Source: the human T2T-CHM13v2.0 reference genome, Homo sapiens. From it: DNA of 64,000 bases. Below the pieces are notes generated by a model. The model had not been told where the DNA came from, did no database searches, and saw only the letters and a list, made by a program, of their open reading frames with translations. The position numbers were made by a program, and so were the translations under genes. The stretch lies in the NCBI RefSeq assembly GCF_009914755.1, contig NC_060927.1, one strand, 5' to 3'. Each line of letters opens with the position of its first letter. The first letter of the stretch is position 1. This document shows, piece by piece, positions 13,176 to 24,830 of the stretch.

Positions 13176-13568
13176 TTAAGACTTGTTTTTTGAGTGACTA
13201 CTTTTAGAGCTGCTGGTATTAGGAAATGGTGCTGCGAGCTAACAGGAGTCTGCAGCCCTGCAGCACACAACTGTCAACATGCAAGCCCAGATGCTTACAG
13301 TACCATGGAATAACAGGGCTATAATTGAGGTCTTTGAAAGGACATAGAAAGGGCCTGGTTGCTCTTCCCCTAGCAGGAGATGGGAGGAGAAATCTTGAAA
13401 GAGGATGTTAGAGCCTGTTAAGATGCTGATTCTGGGGAAAGAATACCAGCAGACTGGGTATAGCTTATTTTGGAGGGAAGATGTAATCTGATGCTTTTTA
13501 GGTTACAAACTTCTTTCATTTTCAAATACCTGTTATCTCTTCTCTGAACCAAAATGAATGACCTATAT

Positions 13569-13752
13569 CAGTGGTTCTCAAAGTGTGATCCCTGGATCAG
13601 CAGCATCACCATTCCCAGGAAACTGGCTAATGCAACTGCTCGAGCTCCACTCCAGACCTACTGATTCTGCAACTGTGGAGCTGAACCAGTGACCTATGTT
13701 TTAATAAGCCTTCCAGGTAATGTTAATACTTGCTCATGTTAGAGAATCACTG
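13569..13752. mobile_element. MER5A (hAT-Charlie MITE)
   Basis: CAGTGGTTCTCAAAGTG...GAGAATCACTG TIRs. Confidence 0.85.
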
Positions 13753-14154
13753 GTTTAGAGAAAACTAGTAATTGTTCCATAAATTTAGTTTAAAGAAGGA
13801 GAAAGAAGCCTGTCCTTTAGCCAAGTTTAAAAAAAAAAAAGGCTGATTACAGAGGAAATTTTGAGAGCATCTAAGGTTAAAAAAAAAAAAGTTTAGCTTG
13901 GCTGGAGGCCTGGCAGAACAGTCGTTGTGGAGAAACCAGTGCTTCACAGAGAGAACCGCAAACACTAAACTGGATAGCTGCTGTCTGCCACTCAGGAGCA
14001 AGTGCAGACTAGAGACTTATGGAGGTCTCCAGTATCCTTCTCTGAGATACCAATCCTTAACCCAAGAAATCCAAGGCCAATAGCTAAGTATAAAAGTTAT
14101 TCTCTGAGAGTGAGAATACCTAGATTAGGGATAATGGATAATAAAGCTGTATGA

Positions 14155-14518
<364 letters not shown>

Positions 14519-14945
14519 TTAAAATGTGGCTACTAGAAAATGTAACCTATGTAGCTCACATTCGTGACCTGTATTATATTTCTTTTCACACTGATCTGTA
14601 AGGCACATATAAAATGGAGGGTGGGTAGGAGAAAAAAACTGACCATTTTTCCTCCAGGTCTGAACAGGGCAGTGGGTGTTCAGAACCACAAATCATCATT
14701 TCTTATTTCTGTGTCATTTGTATTTATATTGTGAAGATAACTCAGTAATATGAGCCATAAAAATTATATAGCAAACATCTTTTATATCCGTGTTCACAAA
14801 GCAGTTTTTCAATCCTAGAAATTAGACTTTCCATCACGGGAGCATGAATTGATTGGTAAAAACTAGAACATATACTAATACGTACCAACAATAGCCACTC
14901 CCACTTCTCCTACCTTCACTAGGTCAGACATAGTTAATCAGGACA

Positions 14946-15068
14946 TTTTTTATTTTTATTTTTTTAATTTTGTGAGTATATAGAAGGTGTATATATTTAT
15001 GGAGTATATGAGATGCTTTGGTACTGGCATGCAATGTGTAATAATCACATGGTAAATGGGTTATCCAT
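14946..15068 (-). mobile_element. L1MA 3'-end fragment
   Basis: T-rich tail then TATATTTATGGAGTATATGAGAT..GCATGCAATGTGTAATAATCACAT. Confidence 0.7.
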
Positions 15069-16337
15069 AATCAGGCCTTTTTTTCTACAGATCTCAGACA
15101 CAGCATCAATGTCCTTATCATCTCTGCTCTAAGAAGCTATGTAGCTATTGAGGGATGCAGTCATGATACAAAACTAGGTCTGTTTGACTCCAGAGACTGC
15201 ATTTCTTTCCTACACCATGCAGATTTCCACTTAATAACAGGTGCACATTTATAGTTTTATTTCTAATTCAGATAAATAAACTGACCTTCTGATTTATAAG
15301 CCAGTGTCTTATTAATTTGGTTGATAGATTTTATCCCTGAGAGATCAAATACCTTTTGATATGCTGGCAAACTTGAATATCTGACCCTGACAACTGAGAG
15401 CAGGACTCTAGTCCAGGAATAGCCTGTGCAGAGCACACATGCTCACTCTCTTCTCCCTTAACTACAGTAGACATCGAAAATCAATTTCTGTTGCTCTTTT
15501 GTGTTGAGCCTAGACATAGCCTCAAAATACTTTTTAACACAGTGCTCTAGAAAGCTACTGCCAGTTGACCTGTGAGACCCTATTGATTTGCTGGTGTGGA
15601 TGATAGTGACCTAACAAAACTGCTTTTCTCAACATCCAGCTGGCTTTCCTCTGGTGAATCCCTGTCCTTATTCCCTTCTTGCTACTTCCCAGAGAGTAGA
15701 TAGGTTCTAAAACCAATCCAGAAGGTTTGTGTACCTGAGGAAAGTTTGGGAACCTGAGGAAGAAAAATGGCATTTTAGGAAGTCTAGACTCAATAGGATG
15801 GGAAAATTCCTATAACATGTTTTTTGGGTTTTCCAGAAGCAAGCTCTAAACAGGTTTCTACACAGGTCTGTTTAAATTCTATTATGATCTGTGATTTTGA
15901 ACTCAACAGGAGTATGGAATTTACCACAATAATAGTAATAATAATTCCTGTACCAGTTAGGATTATTTTGGCTGCAAATAATAGAAATTGCCCCCCAAAC
16001 AGTAGCTTAAACAAGATAGTTTATTTTTCTTACATGTAAGTAACTCCAGAGGAAGGCAAACCCAGACTTGTATGGTGACTCTCAAGCCATTGAGAACACA
16101 GATCCCTTCTATCATTTTGTCATTTTAAAGTATGTAGAATGGCCAACCTTCCATTTGTACGTCACCTTATGGGCAAATGTGGCTGCGGAAGTACATTTGC
16201 TGTGGGAAGGAAGAAAGAGGAAGGACAAGAGGATTTATCCAGTTCTGTCCTAAGAAGTTGTGGTAGGCTGAATAATGGCTACCCCAAATATGTCCATTCT
16301 AATTCCCAGAACCTATAAATATGTTACCTTATATGAC

Positions 16338-16669
16338 TTATTAGTCCTTTTTCACACTGCCAATAAAGACATACCCAAGGCTGGGAAGAAAAAGGTTTAA
16401 TGGACTCACAGTTCCATGTGGCTGGGGAGGCCTCACAATCATTGTAGAAGGTGAAAGGCACTTCTGACATGGTGGCAGCAAGAGAGAATTAGAAAGACAC
16501 AAAAGCGGAAACCCCTTATAAAACCATCGGTTCTCATGAGACTTATTCACTACCACGAGAACAGTATGGGGGAACCACCCCCATGATTCAATTATCTCCC
16601 ACCCTGGAGAATTATGGGAGTATGATTTAAGATGAGATTTGGGTGGGGACACAGAGCCAAACCATATCA
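16338..16669 (-). mobile_element. THE1 solo LTR (THE1B/C-like)
   Basis: TATTAGTCC..GAGCCAAACCATATCA; TSD ATGAC/GTGAC. Confidence 0.9.
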
Positions 16670-16941
16670 GTGACAAAAGGGACTTTGCAGGTTTGATTAA
16701 GTTAGAGATCCTGAGATGGGGAGATTATCCTGCATTATTTGGGTAGGTCCAATATAATCATAAAGGCCCTTATCAGAGAGGGGCATGAAAGAGTCAGAGA
16801 AGATGTAAAGACAGAAGCAGAAGTTGGAGTGATGTGGGGCTGCAGCCGAGTAATGCAGGCAGCCTTTAGAAGCTGAAAAGACAAGAAAACAAATTCTCCC
16901 TAAAGTTATAGAAGGAATATAGCCCTGATATTTTAGACTTC

Positions 16942-17855
16942 TCTGTTGGTTAACTGTAGGTGTCAACTTTGTCAACTTGACTGGGTTAAGGAATACCCAG
17001 TTAGTTGGCAAAGCATTATTTCTACGTATGTCTGTGAGGGTAGTTCTGGAAAAGATTAGCATTGGAATCAATAGACTAATTAAGGCAGATCTGCCCTCAC
17101 CCAATTTGAGTGGACACTATCCAATCTGTTGAGGACTCAAATCGAACAAAAAGACAGAGGAAGGGTGAATTCACTCTCTTTTCTGGAGCTGGTACACTCA
17201 TCTTCTCCTGCCCTTGGATATCAGAACTCCAGATTCCCTGGCCTTCAGACTCCAGGAATTGTACCAGTGGTTCCTCAGTTTCTCAAGTGTTCTGCCTGAA
17301 ACTGAGAGTTATACCATTGGCTTCCCTGGTTCTCAGGCCTTCTGACTTGGATTGAACTATACCACCAGTTTCCCTGGGTATCCAGCTTGCAGATGACATA
17401 TTATGGGACATCTCAACCTCCATAATCACATGAGCCAATTCCCATAATAAATCTCTTCTCCTATATCTATCTATCTATCTATCTGTCTGTCTATCTATCT
17501 ACCTAACTACCTATCTATCATCTCAACCTCCATAATCACATGGGCCAATTCCCATAATAAATCTCTTCTCCTATATCTATCTATCTATCTACCTACCTAC
17601 CTATTTATCATCTCAACCTCCATAATCACATGAGCCAATTCCCATAATAAATCTTCTATCTATCTATTTATCTATCTATGTATCATCTCAACCTCCATAA
17701 TCACATGAGCCAATTCCCATAATAAATCTGTCCTATCTACCTATCTATCCATCCATCCACCCATCCACCCATCCATCCATCCATCCATCCATCCATCCAT
17801 CCATCCATCCATCATCCTATTGGCTTTGTTTCTCTGCAGAACCCTGACTAATACT
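16942..17855 (+). mobile_element. MLT2 (ERVL)-type LTR containing a tandem repeat
   Basis: TGGTTAA..TGTCAACTTGACTGGG start and GAACCCTGACTAATAC end, typical of MLT2B-D. Confidence 0.88.
17409..17813 (+). repeat. Compound VNTR: four copies of a ~46-bp unit with (CTAT)n spacers, then (CCAT)n
   Basis: CATCTCAACCTCCATAATCACATG(A/G)GCCAATTCCCATAATAAATCT starts at 17409, 17519, 17609 and 17684. Confidence 0.95.
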
Positions 17856-19196
17856 GATTTTGGTACCAGGAGTGAGGTGTTGCTATAGCAAATACCTACA
17901 AATGTGGAGTGGCTTTGGAACTGGGCAATAGGTAGAGGCTGGAAGAGTTTTGAAGAGCATGCTAGAGAAAGCCTATATAGCCATGAATAAACTGAAAAGG
18001 TGATTCTTGTGGGGGCTCTGAAGATGAGGAGAGCTGTAGAGAAAGCCTCAGTTTTCTCAGAGGCTACCTAAGTGCTCATGATCAGACTGTTGGTAGAAAT
18101 ATGGCTGATAAAGGCCATTCTGATGAGGGCTCAGACAGAAATGAGGAATATATAATTGGAAACTTCAGGAAAGGCAATCCTTAATTATGAAGTGACAAAT
18201 AACTTGGCTGAATTGTATGTGTCCTAGTGTTTTGTAGGAAGTAGAACTTCTGAATGATGAAATAAGATATTTAATAGAGGAAATATCTAAGCAAAGTACT
18301 GAGGGTGCAGCATGGGTTCTCTTGACTGCTTATAGTAAATGCAAGAAGAGGGAAAAAATTTTAAGATGGAATTTGCTATCAAAAAGGAAGCGAAAATTAA
18401 AGATTTGGAAAATTCTCTTTCTATAAAAAAATGAGAAAATGTATTCAGGAGAAAACACCAAGGGTGTAGCCAAACAAACATTTGATAAGGAGATTGGTAT
18501 GGATAGAAGGAAGACAGATGATGTTCATCAAGACAATGATGACTGATCCTGAAAACATTTCAGAGATCTTTGGGGCTGCCCTACCCATCATAAGCCCAGA
18601 ATACCAGGTCCTTGAGGGCAGAACAATTTCAAGGCTATCCTTCTTGAAATTGGAGCCACCAATGTGCATCTCCAGCCTGGAAGAGCCTCATACATCAGAC
18701 TCCAATCCATGAGAGCTGTCTGTCACTTGAGCAGGAAATACATGAGAACAGGGCCACTTGGAGCCTTGGGGACCCAACTCCCACTCCCATGTCTCTAGAA
18801 GGTGAGACATCAAGTCAAAGAAGAGTATTTTTCAAGCCTTAAGATTTATTATTTGCCATGTTGGATTTTGGACTAACTTGGGACCAGTTACCCCTTTCTT
18901 CCTCCCTATTTCTCCCTTTTAGAATGGGAATGTCTATCCTGTGCCTGTCCCACCATTGTATTTTGGAAGCACATAACTTGTTTGGTTTCGCAGACTCACA
19001 GCTGGAGGGGAATTTGCCTCAGGATAAACTGTACCTTGCATCTCACTCATTTCTGATTTACATATTTGGATGAGACTCTGGACTTTAGACTTATGAGTTG
19101 ATGCTGGAATGACTTACAACTTCTGGGGCTATTGGGATGAAAAAATGTATTTTGTATTTGAGAGAACATGAATCGGGTGGGGAGGCAGGGGTGGAA
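17856..19196 (+). mobile_element. MaLR-type internal region with PBS-like start and polypurine tract
   Basis: GATTTTGGTACCAGGAGTG, then AATGTGGAGTGGCTTTGGAACTGGGCAATAGGTAGAGG (MaLR-int); ends GGGTGGGGAGGCAGGGGTGGAA. Confidence 0.8.
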
Positions 19197-19550
19197 TGCT
19201 ATAGTCTGAATGTTTGTGTTTCCCTAAAATTCGTATTTTGAAACTTAATCCCCAATGTGATAGTAATAAGAGGTGGGGACTTTTGGAGGTGATTAGGTCA
19301 TGAGGACTTAGCCCTCATGAATGGGATTAGTGCCCTTAGAAGTCAAGGGAGCTTGCTCACCCCTTCTACCATGTGAGAACACAGTGAAAAGATACTATTG
19401 ATGAAGAATGGAGCCTCACCAAATACTGAATCACCTGGTGCCTTGATCTTGGACTTCTTAGCCTCCAGAACTATGAGCAATGAATTTCCGTTGTTTATAA
19501 GTTTCCCAGACTAAAGTATTTTGTTATAGTAGCCCAAATGGGCTAAGACA
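19197..19550 (+). mobile_element. MLT1A/MLT1A0-type LTR
   Basis: TGCTATAGTCTGAATGTTTGTG start and TTGTTATAGTAGCCCAAATGGGCTAAGACA end. Confidence 0.88.
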
Positions 19551-20223
19551 ACTTCTGACCGCCAGAATTGTAAAATAATAAATTTGTGTTTTAGTAAGCC
19601 AATAAATTTGGCAATTCATTACAACAGCAATAAGAAAGGAATACAGGATTCTTTCCAGAAGTCCCTCTTAATAATTCCCATTGAGAATTGACTAGAATTT
19701 ATCTCATTGGCTAGAATTAAGTCAAATGCCCACAAATGGCTGCAAAAGAACCTAGAAAGTATAATCTTTACCTAGGCATATTGAGAACTCCAATATGACA
19801 GTAAGTTAGTGAGAAGGAAGGGAATAATGGATGGTGAGTGGACAACTAGAAACTTCCACCAGTTATTGCTTAGGGAACCCTTAATATGAGCCCAGTACTT
19901 TGCTGAGCATTTTGCATACATTCTATTATTTATTCATCATCCTAGGTGGATAGAGGTTTTCTTTATTTTACTAATGACTGTGCCTGTCCCACCATTGTGT
20001 GGAAAATGTCTCTAAAAAAGACATTTAGAGGGAATTACGTAGTGAGCTCACTAGATTATTTACTGTTGGAGAACAATGACTGTGTTACTGTTTTACTTTT
20101 TAAGACCAGCAACCATTTTATAGTGGGGACACAATGAATGTTGATTGGATATGAAATTCTAAATGCCAATATTTTATCCCAGATCTGACTCCAAAGCCCA
20201 AGTTCCTGTGCACACATACATGC

Positions 20224-20301
20224 TCTCTTCTTTCTCTCTCTCTTGCTCTCTCTCTCTCTCTCATTCTCTCTTACTCTTTTACTTTCTCACACTCTCTCTG
20301 C

Positions 20302-20332
<31 letters not shown>
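20224..20332. repeat. (TC)n-rich tract and (TG)n microsatellite
   Basis: Seen directly. Confidence 0.9.
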
Positions 20333-20351
20333 CTATAGTGTATGTGTTTCT

Positions 20352-20897
20352 ACAGTGGACATGCTATTGACACCGCTGCCATTCAAGAAACTTTTAAGTG
20401 TGCATTAGAAGGCAAATTTATCAACATGTATTAGTGGTTGTGACAAAAAAGATGATGTCCAAGAGGAAGTAACACTGGCAAAAGCATCACATTAAAGGAA
20501 CTCTCAAGGATACTTCATGTTATTGAAAGTGCAAAGGATAAAATGTTGGACACTAGTACAAATATAGAAAGGATATGACAATTTGCCAAGGCATAGAAAA
20601 GATGCTCTGAAGGTAGGCACTATTCAAACTACTCTTGACAAGATTTTTACAAAGCACTTTAATTATCAATGTTTCTAATGTTTTAAATCATAATCTATTA
20701 AATAAATGTTAGTTTTGCTATTTTAGAAATATCCCTATACAATTACAACTGAAAGTAAGAGAATTTTTAATGTTTGGGCCAGAATTTTTTGGACCAGTTA
20801 TAATTTTTCCTATGATTATTAAAATCGCTTTGCACAGTGTCTCCTTGCATGGTCATCTGTATGACTCTGCACTATCATGCAAAGTGAGGACTGCCTG
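20352..20897. mobile_element. Tigger-family DNA transposon fragment (Tigger6-like)
   Basis: Ends ..GCAAAGTGAGGACTGCCTG (TIR-like). Left boundary uncertain. Confidence 0.55.
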
Positions 20898-21417
20898 GTT
20901 ATGGGTAAAACAAGAAATTCAAAATGATGGAATCATACTTATGTTTTAGCATTGTAAGTGTATTTTAAAGTATAATGGGAGTTTGGAAAATGATAAAAGG
21001 TACAATAATATTGTAGACACACCTGTCAATGCATACCAGTAACTCACATAGCTATTCGGTGGTGTATGACACATTTGAGACAGAGATTATCTGGGTATTC
21101 ATTTGTCTGGAGAGAGAGGACAGGTGTGAATGACCATATTATGTCTCATCCTTGGAAAACATGGCAGCTAATGTCAACCTCTCTTAAACATTTGCTCCCT
21201 TGAGTCATGAGTCTGTACCAATTAGAAGGCCATTGGGTGCAGGTACCTTAGGACACCAGCTCCTCTTGCTGGTCATTTCTCTTGGCCCTGCTATCTACTT
21301 GCATATTGGCTCAATTTCAGGCTGGCAGCTCATCATGACAGCTGTACCAGTTATTACATCCCAATGGTGTTAGGGACTGTCTTTTTTCCAGAGTCTCTTC
21401 AGGAGTAAGGAGAAGCC

Positions 21418-21997
21418 TGCTATGGTTTTGATATTTGTCCACTCCAAACCTCATGTTGAAAATTGACCCCCAGTGTTGGAGGTGGGGCCTAATGGGAGGT
21501 GCTTGAGTCATGGGAGCAGATCTCTCATGAATAGAATCATGCTGTCCTTTAAGGGTGAGTGAGTTCTCACTCTCTTAGTTCCCATGAGAGCTGGTTGTTA
21601 GCTGGGTGTTGTGGTGTACCTTCTGTGAACTACTCAGAAGGCTGAGGCAAGAAGATCATTTGAGCCCAGGAGTTGGAGGCTATAGTGCACTATGATTGCA
21701 CCTGTGAATAGCCACTGCACTCCATCCTGGTCAACACAGTGAGAACCCATCTCTAAAACAAAGAGCTTGGCACGCCCCTCAACACACATCAGTTTTGCTT
21801 AGTGTCTTGCCTTGTGATCTCTATACACACTGGTTCCCCTTTGCCTTCCACCATGAGTGGAAGGAGCTTGAGGTCCTCAACAGATGCAGATGCCCAATCT
21901 TGAACTTTTCAGCTGTCAGAATCATGAGCCAAATAAACCTTTTTTTCTTACTCGGGCTGGAGTATTCCTTTATATCAATGCAAAATGGACCAAGACA
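21418..21997 (+). mobile_element. MSTB-like MaLR solo LTR, interrupted by a FAM
   Basis: TGCTATGGTTT..GGAGGTGGGGCCTAATGGGAGGTG..AATGGACCAAGACA; TSD AAGCC/AAGCT. Confidence 0.88.
21601..21762 (+). mobile_element. FAM (fossil Alu monomer)
   Basis: Single monomer retaining the 7SL-derived CCTGTGAATAGCCACTGCACTCC segment. Confidence 0.85.
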
Positions 21998-22746
21998 AAG
22001 CTCTCCAGCCAATTTCCACTCCACGTGGCCACTGTAGCAGTCAGAGTTCAGGATGAAAAACTAAAATGACTCTATGCATTCTGGATGTAAAAGGGCCCCT
22101 AATTCTTTATATAGAATTAATGGCATACACTACTGCTCAGAGAGTAGAATATGAGGATAAGGTTCAAAAGCTCTATTCTTGAATGTCAGAGTTGCTGACC
22201 CTCAAAGATCTTAGCCTGGAACACCTAGGTGCATATTAATATTTCCTGAAGTTTGTGCCAGGAAACTACTAGGAATTTCTCATTTGCCCTGCTATACAGC
22301 TATAACCATATCCAGAGGAATAATGTCCTTCTCTTTCCAAATCTTGCCTCTGTTCTCATGAGTAATAACCTGGAACGAGACAGAGATGGTGATTCTAGGA
22401 CGCCTGGTGGTAGTACTTTGCTGGCAGCAGAAAAATTCAGCATACTCACCTCTAAACCAGCCCCAGCAAGGGGAACAGGCCACTGGGATTACCTTAGGCC
22501 CATCACAATTTACCTTTGATCCTGAAGGTAGAGTGTGGCACTCTCACCTGTGTCACATGGGGAAGGGTTGAAACCCACCCAATTCAGGGCTTGACTAGTA
22601 AGGAAAACAAAGAAAAAGCTGTTGGTTAAACAAGCAGCAGAGCCTACTGCATACTATATAACAATATAATCATCATTTTATTTGTAAATAAATATATATG
22701 TTACCAAAGTAGCTAGCTATATAGTTTAAAGAAATATGCTGTATAT

Positions 22747-23081
<335 letters not shown>

Positions 23082-24230
23082 CTATTATTACCCACAAGGT
23101 ACAAACTCCTACAAGTTGTTCAGGTTTCAGGCTAAACTGTAAAACTAAAGTCAGCTGATTGATAATTTATGGTATTATTGTATTCTGTAAAAAGGCTTCT
23201 TTTAGAAAATTCCTCTATTAGCTCTTCTTCAGATAACAGAACAGATTTATTGGTCTGCTGCTTTTATATATGCCTTGCCAGCACCCCAGCAGATCCTAGA
23301 TTTAATGAATTTATTTGCGTGACTCAAGTTTACAAGATCAGCCATCCCTTCTCTCTGCTGCTGATCTTCCTGATCTCATTTGGCTGCCACTTTACATCCC
23401 AGTTAATTCCATTTCAGTTTCCTCAGAGACTGCAGGACCAGTTTTTCCCTGGGAAAAGGAAAGCTGATGACTGTGAGTCCATTTGGGGGCCCAAAAAACA
23501 GAATGCAGATGTCAAAGGTGCTAATATCTGATTTTCTCACCAGGACTGCTTAGACTAAATCCTTTGTATAAGAAAGCCACAAGGACAAGCCTTTTTGGAG
23601 GGTATCAGGATAGTTATGTATGTGCAGGTGCCAGGGAGTGGCTTCTGTTCTAGAAGGGCCCCACAGCTCAGCATTTCCTCCCACGTGCTTTCTTGAATAT
23701 GCAAGCTGCATATATATTTATAACTCTGCAGGAAAAATGTGAACTTTATTAACAGAGATAACTGTCATAATTCAAGCAGTTGCACTCTATAGAGCAACCA
23801 GAGACTACAGGCATCAGGATTATGCATGTTCAGTAAAATTATATGCAAATGTTGGGGAATTATGAGATACTAACTAGGGATGAATGAGGAAGAAGGAAGG
23901 GCTAGAGTTGACCGTGCCTGTGGGGGACTGTAGGAGTCTAGAGAACATGTCTGAGTGCTCTTCCAGGGAATGTATATCCTTGAGGGCAGTAAATTCATTA
24001 TGCATTTTTGCATTCTCCCATCCTAGTAGCAACCCTCAATAAATATTTGTTAAGTGAAGGAGTGAATGAAATGTTGACCTTGGCAATGCACAATAACTTC
24101 TGAATTGGTCTATGTGTATGCACATTTCCTCCCTTTCCTATTTAAACATTTATTCTAAATCAGTGGAGCCACAGCTGTCCAAGTTAAGAGTCATACTTAC
24201 AGTCATTATTAACCAAGTGAGGTTCCAAGC

Positions 24231-24370
24231 CAGTGGTTCTCAACATTGGCTACATGTTACAATGACTTAGGGAGCATTTCAAAATTCCAGTGCTCAGGCT
24301 TCATCTCAGACTAGAAAAACAATCTCTGAGCTGAGGCGCAGGCATCAGAATTCCAAGGCTGAGTACCACT
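24231..24370. mobile_element. MER5-family fragment
   Basis: CAGTGGTTCTCAAC...GCTGAGTACCACT. Confidence 0.7.
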
Positions 24371-24520
24371 ATAAGCTAGCATAGAAACTGCCATATCTGT
24401 GGAATTAGGAGACCTAGAAGAAATCCCACAGCACAAAAAAGTGCTAGTGCCACTTTCACTGATGTTCAAAGTGCAGAAAAGTTGGGGAAAAAATTCTGAT
24501 GGGAGTTAGAAATGTGTTTT

Positions 24521-24830
24521 ATTTATTTATTGTATTGTATTTTTTTTTGAGATGGAATCTTGCTCTGTCACCCAGGCTGGAGTGCAGTGGCATGATCTTG
24601 GCTCACTGCAGCCTCCGCTTCCTAGGTTCAAGCCATTCTCCTGACTCAGCCTCCTGAGTAGCTGGGATTACAGGCGTGGGCCACCATGCCTGGCTAATTT
24701 TTGAATTTTTAGTAGAGTTGGGGTTTCACCATGTTAGTCAGGCTGGTCTCGAACTCCTGACCTCGGGAAATCTGCCAGCCTCGGCCTCCCAAAGTGCTGG
24801 GATTACAGGCATGAGCCACTGTGCTTGGCC
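24521..24830 (-). mobile_element. Alu (AluS)
   Basis: Antisense dimer; TSD AG(A/G)AATGTGTTTT. Confidence 0.95.

Larger units (their letters stand above)
16259..19645 (+). mobile_element. MLT1D-like LTR in three pieces (16259-16337, 16670-16941, 19551-19645)
   Basis: TGTGGTAGGCTGAATAATGG start, AAAAGGGACTTTGCAG middle, CAGCAATAAGAAAGGAATACA end; the pieces join across the TSDs of the inserted elements. Confidence 0.85.
15949..19862 (-). mobile_element. Old MaLR LTR (MLT1J/K-like) split into 15949-16258 and 19646-19862 by nested insertions
   Basis: TGTACCAGTTAGGATT..TTGGCTGCAAATAATAGAAA start; resumes with ATCTCATTGGCTAGAATT..GGACAACTAG. Confidence 0.6.

Noticed and set aside
17409-17735. CRISPR-like repeat-spacer array
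   Set aside because: The context is eukaryotic, the spacers are CTAT microsatellite, the repeat is LTR sequence and there are no cas genes.
23169-23531. 120-aa ORF in unique-looking DNA
   Set aside because: No recognisable homology or exon structure; the length is compatible with chance.
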